Below are positions 30,249 through 39,139 of a stretch of 64,000 nucleotides of DNA, in pieces (position 1 is the first letter of the stretch; each line of letters starts with the position of its first letter). Origin of the DNA: Candidatus Micrarchaeota archaeon (lineage in GTDB: Archaea > Micrarchaeota > Micrarchaeia > Norongarragalinales > Norongarragalinaceae); NCBI GenBank assembly GCA_016207165.1, contig JACQQD010000005.1:140088-204087 (forward strand). The letters run 5' to 3'. A program made the position numbers and the translations under genes. The notes under the pieces were generated by a model. It made no database searches, was not told the origin of the DNA, and worked only from the letters and a program-made list of their open reading frames with translations.

Positions 30249-32095
30249 TTGGAAAACCCCTGGTTTTTCGCGTAAAGGATGTTGTATCCGTCTTGGAACG
30301 CCTTGATGCTCGCGACAATGATGTCCGGGCTGGTGCCCATGGTGGTCACCTTGTTTCTTTTTTCGTCCTCCAACGTGATGCGCACGTCCACCGTCGCGTC
30401 CGTGTTCTTCGTGTTGATGGCCACCTTGTAGTCCACCAACTCAAAAGCCAATTCGCCTTCCACCGTCTTTTTCACGGCGTTGATCACGGCATCCACGGGC
30501 CCCACGCCCTGCGCCGTTTTCTCGACTTCTTTTCCGTGCACGCGGACTTTCGCTGTGGCCTCGGGTTTCTGCGTTTTGGCCGTCTTCACCGTGAAGTCCA
30601 AAATGTCAAGCGCACGATACTCCAGCCGCCCGCGTTGAAGGGCTTCCTCGACAATGAGCTTCAAGTCGTTCTTGGTCAAGTGCTTGCCTTTCTCCAAAAA
30701 GCCGTTGACTTCCCCCACGCAGAACGCCACGTCGGCCTTGGACGGAGACACGTCAAACTCCGACTGGATCAACGCCAGTAACTGGTCCTCAAAAAGAGCC
30801 TGGGTGATGAGGGCTCCCTTGGATTGTGAGCCGTTGTAGTCCGCGCAAATCTTGTAATAGTTGTAGTCCAACAGCTTCTGCACTTCCGCCAAATCCGGTT
30901 CCACCGACGGCGGCGAAGGCAAAACCTTGAGTGCGGATGTGGGGTCCTTAAGTCCCGTACCGGTCATGACCAGAACGACTTCCTCGCTTCCGTCTACCTG
31001 CCCCGCGTCCAGCATGTTTTTGAGGGTCGCGAGATTCAATGCCGCCGCGGGTTCCACAAACACGGCCTCGGTTTTGGCCAGCCATTTCTGGGCCTCCAAA
31101 ATTTCATGGTCCGAAGCCGTGGCCGCGCTTCCCCCCGATTCCCGAAGTGCAGCCAAGAGTTTGTGCGCGTCCGACGGGTTGCCCACGCACACCGCTCCCG
31201 CCACCGTCTGCGGCTTGACCACCGGCTCCAAAGGCTCGTTTTGATTGAACGCCTTAACGATGGGCGCCACGTTTTCAGGCTGGACGGCAACCATCTTCGG
31301 TAAGCTATCCGTCAGACCGAACCACTCGAATTCCTTGAAGCCCTTCCAGATCGCCGATGCATTCGTGCCATTGCCTACGGGCACCATGACTAAATCCGGA
31401 CTGCGCCAACCCAGTTGCTCTACGACTTCAAAGGATTGGCTTTTCTGGCCCTCCAAGCGGAACGCGTAGTCGCCCGCCAAAAAAAAGCCGTCCATTCGGC
31501 TCAGGCCCGTTGTCAGTTCCACGGCGTCGTCATACGTTCCGCGGACCTGCACCACGCGCGATCCGAATGCCAGCGTCTGAGCCATCTTGCCCAAAGGCGT
31601 TCCTTCCGGCACAATGATGTAACAAGGCAGGCCCGCCACCGCCGCGTACGCCGACACGCTGGCGGCCATGTTGCCCGTTGAAGCGCACGTCACCGTCTTG
31701 GCCCCCAGTTCCAAGGCTTTCGTCAACTCCACCAACGACCCCCGGTCCTTGAACCCGCCGGTGGGATTGGAGCCCTCGAACTTGATCCACAGCCGCTTCA
31801 ACCCCAGTTGTTTTTCCAGTTTCCTGGCTCGGTACAAAGGCGTTCCGCCTTCGTTCAGGGACACGACGCGCCGCAAATTCGCCAACGGATACAAGTCCAA
31901 GTACTTCGTGGCGGCCATGGGCGCGGTTTTCATCACGTGGACGTTGAAGTGTTCGGCGATGCGCTCGTAATCGTACTTTACTTCCAACGACTGCTGGCAC
32001 CACGGACACGTGGTGTAGCTTTGCGTCTCGACGACCGTCTTTTTGCAGGAAGAACACGCCAGCCAGTACTCGTCGCTGAGCGTCTGCGTCTTCAT
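30245..32095 (-). CDS. thrC: threonine synthase-like PLP enzyme fused to a C-terminal LeuA/CimA allosteric domain
   Basis: N-terminal CxxC..CxxC, EGGTPL, NPTGGFKDRG, ASTGN, TG.GLKD; C-terminus GVGPVDA...DYKVAI.....DA...SPDIIVASIKA; ATG 32095 overlaps the yunC stop. Confidence 0.85.
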   Translation of the reverse strand: MKTQTLSDEYWLACSSCKKTVVETQSYTTCPWCQQSLEVKYDYERIAEHFNVHVMKTAPMAATKYLDLYPLANLRRVVSLNEGGTPLYRARKLEKQLGLKRLWIKFEGSNPTGGFKDRGSLVELTKALELGAKTVTCASTGNMAASVSAYAAVAGLPCYIIVPEGTPLGKMAQTLAFGSRVVQVRGTYDDAVELTTGLSRMDGFFLAGDYAFRLEGQKSQSFEVVEQLGWRSPDLVMVPVGNGTNASAIWKGFKEFEWFGLTDSLPKMVAVQPENVAPIVKAFNQNEPLEPVVKPQTVAGAVCVGNPSDAHKLLAALRESGGSAATASDHEILEAQKWLAKTEAVFVEPAAALNLATLKNMLDAGQVDGSEEVVLVMTGTGLKDPTSALKVLPSPPSVEPDLAEVQKLLDYNYYKICADYNGSQSKGALITQALFEDQLLALIQSEFDVSPSKADVAFCVGEVNGFLEKGKHLTKNDLKLIVEEALQRGRLEYRALDILDFTVKTAKTQKPEATAKVRVHGKEVEKTAQGVGPVDAVINAVKKTVEGELAFELVDYKVAINTKNTDATVDVRITLEDEKRNKVTTMGTSPDIIVASIKAFQDGYNILYAKNQGFSK

Positions 32096-32397
32096 CCGAG
32101 TTTCTCCAAGAATTCCGATCCCCTCATACCCACTGTAGCGCCTTTTTGTTCGGCTTTCGGTGACAACGCCTTGACTTCCGCTTCCAACATGTCCTTGAAA
32201 CTGTCTACGCCAGAAACAATGGCCATGGCATGATTCCATTTTTCCGCCCGCGTCACGTCCACGTACCCGCACGCCAGAATCGTGTCAGGATGCGCTTCGC
32301 TGACGATGACCAACAATGCCGGGCCTTCCAACTGCATGCGCATGGCCGTAAACGTCTTGCCGCCCAGCGTAAGTTTTTCCGCGGTTACCCGTTCCAT
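32092..32397 (-). CDS. YunC/DUF1805 family protein
   Basis: LLVI....ACGYVD......A.VSGV....DML.A.V......A...G...GM.G.E.L. Confidence 0.85.
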   Translation of the reverse strand: MERVTAEKLTLGGKTFTAMRMQLEGPALLVIVSEAHPDTILACGYVDVTRAEKWNHAMAIVSGVDSFKDMLEAEVKALSPKAEQKGATVGMRGSEFLEKLG

Positions 32398-32690
32398 GCG
32401 CACCGACTCCCCCCTAGGGCGAATTGCTTCAACGATTCAAAGGCCTCCAGCCGAGGCTGGAACGCAAAAAAAGCAAACTCAACGTTCGGCGAAACCGTGT
32501 TATTGATAGGACATGGGGGTCGGTGAGGGGCCAATCCGCAGCAACCGTAACAGGCATGCGCTAGCAAGCAGCAAAGCCTGCGGTTCTGACCACCTCCCTT
32601 CAACCACGGACACCGACTCCCAAGGTTTGGTTCACCATACAATAATGTAAATTCGTTAAGTGACGAATATTTCACTCCTCTTATTTAAAC
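32398..32690 (-). promoter_or_regulatory. promoter and long structured 5' leader of the yunC-thrC-ilv operon
   Basis: TTTAAATA box at 32689-32682; palindrome ATTCGT-N6-ACGAAT 32651-32668; palindrome 32625-32640; uORF 32638-32600; alternative pairings. Confidence 0.6.
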
Positions 32691-32721
32691 GTTTTGGAAT
32701 CCCACGTTTTTTTCGCGAATT

Positions 32722-33459
32722 TTAATCCACGAAAATGACGTTGCAGTTCTCGTCGACTTCCACGAAGTGGTTGGCGGACACGCCGAATTCCGGACACTGG
32801 TTTTCCGGCAAATCATCCACCGGCTGGCGCGGGTCGTGCGCCACGTCGCACACCCAGTCCTTGAACTGGGGGTTCCATTGGCCTTTGAAGTCGTCGTAGC
32901 GCGGCGGTGTTGGGCCCATGGCGCTCAAGCATGGCCCCTTTGTCAAGTCGTACTCCGCGGTTCCGTAGTTCTGGTAAACGTATTGCGCCGTTTGGCAAAA
33001 AGAAACGCACAAGTCCTGGGCTCTCTGGGAAACCGACGGCAGGTTTTCGGGGCGATAACATTTTCCCACGATGTCTCCCGGTTTGAGGTATGGCACCAGT
33101 CCCTCACAACATTTGCCGTAGTCAAACGGGGCATCGGTGGGCACGGCATCATTGAGGTATCCGCCTTCCTCCGCGCACTTGGCGGCTCTCCCGCATTCTC
33201 CCGTGTACGCCTGGACTGCACCGGCCTGTTTTAAGTGACACGTGCTGGAATAGGTTTTCTTGTCTCTGCCGCAAACCGGTTCATAGATTTCCGGGCACGC
33301 GTCAATGGTCGGTGCAGGGGTTGGAGTCGCTAGAGCCGTTGGGCTGGACGTTGGCGCAGGCGGAATTGAAACGGAGATGCTTGGGGACGGTACGGGACCG
33401 GGTTGCGTGACGCACCCGAAAAACAGGATGGCCGCAATCAACACGAATACGTGTCTCAT
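32722..33459 (-). CDS. lipoprotein with Kazal-type domain and Cys-rich C-terminal domain
   Basis: Lipobox LFFGC; CPEIYEPVCGRDKKTYSSTC...GEC Kazal pattern. Confidence 0.82.
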   Translation of the reverse strand: MRHVFVLIAAILFFGCVTQPGPVPSPSISVSIPPAPTSSPTALATPTPAPTIDACPEIYEPVCGRDKKTYSSTCHLKQAGAVQAYTGECGRAAKCAEEGGYLNDAVPTDAPFDYGKCCEGLVPYLKPGDIVGKCYRPENLPSVSQRAQDLCVSFCQTAQYVYQNYGTAEYDLTKGPCLSAMGPTPPRYDDFKGQWNPQFKDWVCDVAHDPRQPVDDLPENQCPEFGVSANHFVEVDENCNVIFVD

Positions 33460-33500
33460 GGCTAAGACGAAGTCCGGTTGGATTATTATTTCATCCGGTT

Positions 33501-33755
33501 TCATGCCAGAACAAGGATTTGACCACGGCCAAAGGCGTTCTTGTTGTTGAAGCCTTCAAACCAGATGCCGACCATGTCGCCGGTTCCTGCTTGCGAAACC
33601 ATTTCGTGTTTTTTCTCGATGCCGGCCACCTTGTGTTTCACGCCTTCCAATTCCACTTCCTGGCCCACCAAGACTGGGCCCTCTTGGACTTGGCCGACGA
33701 ACAGGACGCCCCGATTCGACACATCAAACGCGCCCTGGACCGTGAACTTCCCCAT
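33501..33755 (-). CDS. stand-alone EF-Tu domain II-like beta-barrel protein (84 aa)
   Basis: FTVQGAFDVSNRGVLFVGQVQEG....GQEV......KVAGIE..HE....A..GD.VGI....RGQIL aligns by eye with domain II of the EF-1a in this window. Confidence 0.78.
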   Translation of the reverse strand: MGKFTVQGAFDVSNRGVLFVGQVQEGPVLVGQEVELEGVKHKVAGIEKKHEMVSQAGTGDMVGIWFEGFNNKNAFGRGQILVLA

Positions 33756-33818
33756 GTGCCGTGTTACTTCCACGTTCCTTAAATGGGTTTTTATCTGTCC
33801 GAACGCTTTTTTCCTAGT

Positions 33819-34472
33819 ATGTGGGTGGCTGAATTCAAGGTCTGGCACAAAGGCTCGGCGGCGCGGGAAGTCACCAACCAATTTGACGTGACGTTGGAGA
33901 GCCACTACCTGAACGTCTTCATGGAAAAGGGAACCGAGTACATCACCGGCGTCATGGTGGTGCGCGGAAAAGACGCGGACGCGGCGACGGCGGCTTTCAT
34001 CGACGGCATCACCAAGCAAGGCGTGCGGCAAATCAAGCGGGAAGGCAACCAGTTGTTCTACATCGTTCCTTCGGTCAAGCAGTTTCACTCCTCGGTCTTG
34101 AACGCCAACGTGTTCTTCATTAAACCTCAATTCATCCAGGAAGGGTTCGCTTTTTGGACCGTGGCCTCCTTTGAAAAAAAGCACTTGATGGAATTGTACC
34201 ATTCCATTGGGAGACTCCGAAAATCCACGGCCACCATTGAATTGTTGTCGCTCAAACAGCAACCCGCTCCCGTGTTTTCCTCTTCGCACTTGCACCAGCT
34301 CACCGAAAAACAGCGCCAGGCCTTCCAATCCGCGTGCCGGGAAGGCTATTACGCCTGCCCCCGCAAGATTTCCCTTCAAGGACTAGCCGACAAATTGGGA
34401 CTGGCGTACACCACGTTCAAGGACCGTTTGCGTTCCGCCGAGGAGAAGCTGTGGCCCGCCCTGGCGCCGTAG
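33819..34472 (+). CDS. HTH_10 (bacterio-opsin activator-type) transcriptional regulator 1
   Basis: LTEKQ..A...A...GYY..PRKI.L..LA..LG...TT....LR.AE. Confidence 0.88.
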   Translation: MWVAEFKVWHKGSAAREVTNQFDVTLESHYLNVFMEKGTEYITGVMVVRGKDADAATAAFIDGITKQGVRQIKREGNQLFYIVPSVKQFHSSVLNANVFFIKPQFIQEGFAFWTVASFEKKHLMELYHSIGRLRKSTATIELLSLKQQPAPVFSSSHLHQLTEKQRQAFQSACREGYYACPRKISLQGLADKLGLAYTTFKDRLRSAEEKLWPALAP

Positions 34473-34486
34473 CCGCCAAGTAGCGG
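34473..34486. promoter_or_regulatory. CCG-N8-CGG palindrome upstream of TATA (site 1)
   Basis: CCGCCAAGTAGCGG, TTTAAG 7 nt later, ATG 34523. Confidence 0.6.
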
Positions 34487-34522
34487 AAAAAGCTTTAAGC
34501 CCTCCATTGCCCCCATCATGCC

Positions 34523-36007
34523 ATGGTAACATTCCCGAAGGATTTGGAAATCGCCAAAAAACTTCCATGGGCTCCGTACGCGGGAAGAAATTTGTCGTAC
34601 TATTTCACGTACATGCATTTGCGCGACACGTACGGCACGTTTTATGAACAACTGTTGGGCGTGCGCTTTGCCGCGCTTTTTGTCACGGCGGAAGGTTCCA
34701 AATGGCAGATGTACCGCTCGCCGAAGGAATCCGAGCGACTCGAAAAACACGTGTACGCCGCTTCGGAGGACCCCGCCTACGTCCAGCGCGTCTTGGACCA
34801 CACGCAAAAAACGTACGACGCGTTGGAGAACACCTGCCATCAGTACTTGAACCTGGACTTTACCGCCATGTCCAACGGTGAACTGGCAAAGCGGCTTGAC
34901 GCCTTCCGTGACGTATACTTGAACGCCGTCGCCAGCATCTCCTGTTCCATCATTTTTGCCTCCGCCTTGTCCCAACGCATCGGCAAAGACGTTCCGGAGA
35001 ACGATTTGCTCAAGATGGCCCTTCCATTGAAAAAGACCATTCCGCTTGAAGAGGAACTGGCTTTTTGGCAATTGGTGGCAACACTCCAAATACAAGACGC
35101 GTTTCCCATCGCGTCCCTGGAAACACTTTCTCCGAGCACCCGCGCGTTGGTCCAAAAACACTTCGACGCGTACTTGTGGCTGGAAGCGTACGAGAACGAC
35201 CCGATTTGGCGCATGCAGGACTTCGTTTCGCGGTTGAACGACGCCGCCAACCAAGACGCATCCGCCAAACGCAGCCACCTTGAACGCCGCCACGACGAGC
35301 AAGACCAGGAAATCGAGGCGCTCCGGAAAAAACACGGCGTGGACGCCCTCCCACTCAACCAGTTCCGCCAAGCCATGTACTACCGCATCCTGGGCGAAAG
35401 CCTGGTGGGCCTGGCCAACCACGCCACGCAGAAACTGTTTGCCGCCATTGCCAAGAAACTGTTTTTGCCGTTGAACCAAATCAAGTGGTTCTCCGACGAG
35501 GAACTCACCTCCGCGCTTCGCGGCCACCTGGACCTGGACGTGCTGTCCGGCCGGCTTTCTCAACGCCAGCAAATCTACCTCATTGCCTTGGGCGAGAAAA
35601 ACGTGCACGCCTTTGAAGGCCGCCGCGACGTCAAATCCATTCTGGACCAGTTCGACGTGGAGGAACCCGAACTTGAACCAGTCACGGAAATCCGCGGCGT
35701 TTCAGCTTACCCTGGAAAAGTCCAAGGCATCGCCCGCGTCGTGCATGACGTGAGCGAACTGGAAAAAGTAAAGCAAGGCGACATCCTCGTCACCCTGAAC
35801 ACCACGCCTTCGTTTGTGTTGGCCATGAAGCGTTCTGCCGCTATCGTCACCGACGAAGGTGGCATCACGTGTCACGCCGCCATCGTTTCGCGGGAACTGG
35901 GCATCCCCTGCATCATTGGCACCAAAGCCGGCACGCGCCTGATCCGCGACGGCGCTAAAATCGAAGTGGACGCCGCGTCGGGCCTCGTTCGTCACTTGGA
36001 CGATTAG
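34523..36007 (+). CDS. PEP-utilising enzyme mobile (phospho-His) domain protein, paralog 1
   Basis: C-terminal TDEGGITCHAAIVSRELGIPC; large helical N-terminal domain; no ATP-grasp. Confidence 0.88.
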   Translation: MVTFPKDLEIAKKLPWAPYAGRNLSYYFTYMHLRDTYGTFYEQLLGVRFAALFVTAEGSKWQMYRSPKESERLEKHVYAASEDPAYVQRVLDHTQKTYDALENTCHQYLNLDFTAMSNGELAKRLDAFRDVYLNAVASISCSIIFASALSQRIGKDVPENDLLKMALPLKKTIPLEEELAFWQLVATLQIQDAFPIASLETLSPSTRALVQKHFDAYLWLEAYENDPIWRMQDFVSRLNDAANQDASAKRSHLERRHDEQDQEIEALRKKHGVDALPLNQFRQAMYYRILGESLVGLANHATQKLFAAIAKKLFLPLNQIKWFSDEELTSALRGHLDLDVLSGRLSQRQQIYLIALGEKNVHAFEGRRDVKSILDQFDVEEPELEPVTEIRGVSAYPGKVQGIARVVHDVSELEKVKQGDILVTLNTTPSFVLAMKRSAAIVTDEGGITCHAAIVSRELGIPCIIGTKAGTRLIRDGAKIEVDAASGLVRHLDD

Positions 36008-36028
36008 GCGTCCATTGGTCATGCATCC

Positions 36029-36160
36029 ATGGCGTTGACGTGCGCGTTTGAACTCGTCGTCATCCTCGTCGTATCCTACTTTTTCTGGGGCATGATTGGC
36101 AACCGCGACCGGCCGGAGCGGAAGCCCGAGCCCTGGGTAAGGAAAATAAACTGGAAGTGA
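36029..36160 (+). CDS. small single-TM peptide (43 aa)
   Basis: MALTCAFELVVILVVSYFFWGMIGNRDRPERKPEPWVRKINWK fills the intergenic gap; below the ORF track cutoff. Confidence 0.55.
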   Translation: MALTCAFELVVILVVSYFFWGMIGNRDRPERKPEPWVRKINWK

Positions 36161-36203
36161 CTTCCGTCAGGAAAAACCCATTAAAATCCCGTTGCCTACG
36201 TTC

Positions 36204-37769
36204 ATGCCTATGAAATGGTTCGTGATGGAGGTCTGCCCCCGCAGCCACCCCCTCATGCTGGTGCCGCCCATGATTGGCTTTGCGGACTTGCGTGAATTCG
36301 GCGCTCCGGTGCCCATCGACTATTCGCTCATCGACAGCCGCCGCGGCGACGAGAAACTTATTTTCCCCCGTGAACCCTTCTCCAAAGCCGGCCACGCCAT
36401 TCTGGAAAAGCTGTTGGCGAACACCGAGTGGGGTTTGGAGCATAACCAGTCCATTACCGCCTATGGAGAAAAATTTCTCAAAAAAACCGACGAGTTGCTC
36501 AAGGACGTGGACGTCAAGTCCAAAACCAATGAGGAACTCGCCAGCATTTACGAGACGCTCTATGAGTTCCAACGCAAGTCCCACGTGTCCGGCTTGGTCT
36601 GGGTGGTGCTGGAATTCGATCATCAACTGCTCACCCGTTACCTGGTGGATTACCTCAAGCAAACCATCCAATCCAACCACCTTACGCTGAAGGCCGCCGA
36701 AGCCTTCTCGGTTTTGACTACGCCCACCAAAGACAGCTTCGCCCAACGCGAAGAACGCTCGCTTCTCGAAACCGCTTCCCAAGTCCAAGACGTCCGCCTC
36801 AAGAACCTCTTCGCCTCCACCGACTTGGACGCCTTGGACGTCAAGCTCCCCAAAATGCATCCGTCCCTTTCAAGGCAAATCGACGACCACGTCAAGCATT
36901 TTGCCTGGTTGCCCTACATGTACGAAGGACCGGCCTGGAACCGCAAATACTTCCTGCAAGTCCTTCAAGGCCTGCTCAAAGAGGACGTAGCCGCGCTTTT
37001 GGAAACCGCGAGAACCCGCCACGAGAAAACCCGCGCCCGCCAGCAAGAAATCCTGCAATGGCTTGAACTAGACGAAAAACACGAAACCCTCTTGGAAGTG
37101 GCCCAAGGAATGGTGTTTACCAAGGGCTACCGAAAAGACGTGTTGTACCACTTCTTCTGGAAAATGGAGCCGTACCTCAAGGAAGTCGGAAAACGCCTGG
37201 GGTTGACCGTCAAGCAAGTCCGGCGCTTGATGCCCTGGGAAATCCCCGCCGCCCTGCGAGGGCAACCCGTGGACGCCAATGAACTCAACTCCCGCTTCGA
37301 GCATTACGTGCAATACGTCCACGCCGGAAAACGAGAAATTTATTCCGGAAAAGCCGCCGAAAAATTCCTGGAACGCTTCGACTTGGAAACCATGAATGCC
37401 GCTTCCGGCGTCCGCGAATTGAAAGGCGATTGTGCGTGCCCCGGCCGCGCCCGAGGAGCCGTTAAAATCATAGAGTCCCCGGCGGATATGGCCAAGTTCA
37501 ACTCCGGCGACGTGTTGGTGGCCCACGCCACCAATCCCGACGTGGTTCCCGCCATGAAAAAAGCGTCCGCCATTGTCACGGACATGGGCGGCATCACGTG
37601 CCACGCCGCCATCGTTTCCAGAGAACTAAAGATTCCCTGCGTGATCGGCACGAAAATCGCTACCGCCGCTTTAAGAGACGGCGACGTGGTGGATGTGGAC
37701 GCCAACCATGGTTTGGTGTGCAAGCTTGATTCCAATGCCAGCCATGGCCTGGCTCTTAAAATCCGTTGA
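36204..37769 (+). CDS. PEP-utilising enzyme mobile domain protein, paralog 2
   Basis: TDMGGITCHAAIVSRELKIPC; start 36204 or 36210. Confidence 0.88.
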   Translation: MPMKWFVMEVCPRSHPLMLVPPMIGFADLREFGAPVPIDYSLIDSRRGDEKLIFPREPFSKAGHAILEKLLANTEWGLEHNQSITAYGEKFLKKTDELLKDVDVKSKTNEELASIYETLYEFQRKSHVSGLVWVVLEFDHQLLTRYLVDYLKQTIQSNHLTLKAAEAFSVLTTPTKDSFAQREERSLLETASQVQDVRLKNLFASTDLDALDVKLPKMHPSLSRQIDDHVKHFAWLPYMYEGPAWNRKYFLQVLQGLLKEDVAALLETARTRHEKTRARQQEILQWLELDEKHETLLEVAQGMVFTKGYRKDVLYHFFWKMEPYLKEVGKRLGLTVKQVRRLMPWEIPAALRGQPVDANELNSRFEHYVQYVHAGKREIYSGKAAEKFLERFDLETMNAASGVRELKGDCACPGRARGAVKIIESPADMAKFNSGDVLVAHATNPDVVPAMKKASAIVTDMGGITCHAAIVSRELKIPCVIGTKIATAALRDGDVVDVDANHGLVCKLDSNASHGLALKIR

Positions 37770-37833
37770 CCCGTCATGTGGCGTCCAAAGAATCAAAAAG
37801 CAATCCCAACACCCTTGTAACGGTGTTTTCTCC

Positions 37834-38775
37834 ATGAGCTTCATTCTTCCATTTACTCAGTTGTCCAAAGACCACGTCTCCATTGCCGGCGGCAAGGGAG
37901 CCCAATTGGGAGAAATGACGCAAGCTGGCATTTCCGTGCCTCCAGGCTTCGTCGTCCTGACGGCCTCCTTTGACGAAATGCTGGAGGAAAACAACCTCAA
38001 AAACAGCATCCAGGAAATCCTCAAGAGCGTGGACCCCAAGAACACGGAAACCGTCAACTTGGCCTCCGAACAAATCCGGCACATCATCTCCAAAGCGCAT
38101 GTGCCGCACAACGTGGAAAAGGAAATCCACTCCGCCTTCGACGCGTTGGACGCCATGTTCGTGGCCGTCCGTTCCAGCGCCACCGCCGAAGACGCCTCCA
38201 CGGCGTCGTGGGCCGGGGAACTGGAAACCTACTTGAACGTAGAGCGCGACGGCCTGATTGCCGCCGTCAAGAAATGCTGGTCCTCTCTTTTTACTCCCCG
38301 CGCGATTTTTTACCGATTCGAAAAAGGCATGGCGCACTTGGACATTTCGGTAGCGGTGGTCGTCCAGAAAATGGTGCAGAGCGAGGTTTCCGGCGTGGCG
38401 TTCACCGTTCACCCCGTCACCAAGGACCCAAACCAGTTGGTCATCGAGGCGGGCTGGGGATTGGGGGAAGCCGTGGTCGGCGGCCTCATTACTCCGGACA
38501 ACTACGTGGTGGACAAGGCCGAAGAGCTGATTTTGGACGTGACGGTCAACTCCCAAGACAAGATGATTGCCAAAGACAAAACCGGCCAAACCCATGAAGT
38601 TCCGGTGCCCCCGGAAAAACGCGAGAAACAGAAACTCGACGGAAAAACCATCATGAAGTTGGCGGCCTTGTTCCAGCGCATCGAGCACCACTACGGAAAG
38701 CCGCAGGACATCGAGTGGGCCTGGGAAAAAGGCGAGACGTTCGTCGTGCAAACCCGGCCAATTACCACCCTCTGA
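37834..38775 (+). CDS. stand-alone PEP/pyruvate-binding (PPDK_N, ATP-grasp) domain protein
   Basis: AGGKG, VPPGF, AVRSSATAED...S.AG, QDIEWA, QTRPITTL then stop. Confidence 0.9.
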   Translation: MSFILPFTQLSKDHVSIAGGKGAQLGEMTQAGISVPPGFVVLTASFDEMLEENNLKNSIQEILKSVDPKNTETVNLASEQIRHIISKAHVPHNVEKEIHSAFDALDAMFVAVRSSATAEDASTASWAGELETYLNVERDGLIAAVKKCWSSLFTPRAIFYRFEKGMAHLDISVAVVVQKMVQSEVSGVAFTVHPVTKDPNQLVIEAGWGLGEAVVGGLITPDNYVVDKAEELILDVTVNSQDKMIAKDKTGQTHEVPVPPEKREKQKLDGKTIMKLAALFQRIEHHYGKPQDIEWAWEKGETFVVQTRPITTL

Positions 38776-38833
38776 ATATTCTTTTAAGAATATTTTTTGT
38801 TTACTTTATTCTGTCTTTGCCCTTTCCGCAACA

Positions 38834-38879
38834 TATAAATACCGACGGCCATATCATTGTTACTAAAAAGTAGTAACAA
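38834..38879 (+). promoter_or_regulatory. TATA box with perfect inverted repeat over the predicted start site
   Basis: TATAAATA at about 38834; TTGTTACTA-AAAAG-TAGTAACAA 38857-38879. Confidence 0.55.
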
Positions 38880-38888
38880 GTGAGCTTC

Positions 38889-39062
38889 ATGGTTTTGGAA
38901 AGCATTGCCTTTGCCTTGGTCTTCGGCGGCGCCGTTTTTGCGTGGCAGATGTTCACGCAACCCCTCAAGACACGCTCCGCCAGAACCAACTACGGCGCGG
39001 CCGAAATGTACCCCCACGCCAAATTCCGGGACTACAAGCCCTACGCCCACGCCGACTACTAG
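38889..39062 (+). CDS. small single-TM peptide (57 aa)
   Basis: MVLESIAFALVFGGAVFAWQMF...; host-like codon use; own promoter. Confidence 0.6.
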   Translation: MVLESIAFALVFGGAVFAWQMFTQPLKTRSARTNYGAAEMYPHAKFRDYKPYAHADY

Positions 39063-39139
39063 TCGGAACCCATTCCATTACTTTCTTACCCCCCGCCCCA
39101 GCGTCAGCTCTTTAACCGCCTTTAGCCATTCTCCCTATC

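Noticed and set aside
32096-32272. N-terminal extensions given by the ORF track for thrC (likewise hutU, hutI, ftcD, hisA, hisB, hisD, PPDK_N)
   Set aside because: They overlap neighbouring genes; family homology starts at downstream ATGs
32398-32660. T-box riboswitch
   Set aside because: No UGGNACC T-box consensus or specifier stem recognised
32385-32675. 96-aa ORF across the ilv leader
   Set aside because: Starts just after the TATA box, before the likely TSS; atypical composition; better explained as a leader
36103-36116. Additional CCG-N8-CGG match
   Set aside because: Inside the small ORF, not next to a TATA box; expected by chance at this GC content
34523-38775. Calling these genes ppsA/ppdK
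   Set aside because: No C-terminal pyruvate-binding barrel in any of them, and the domains are on separate chains
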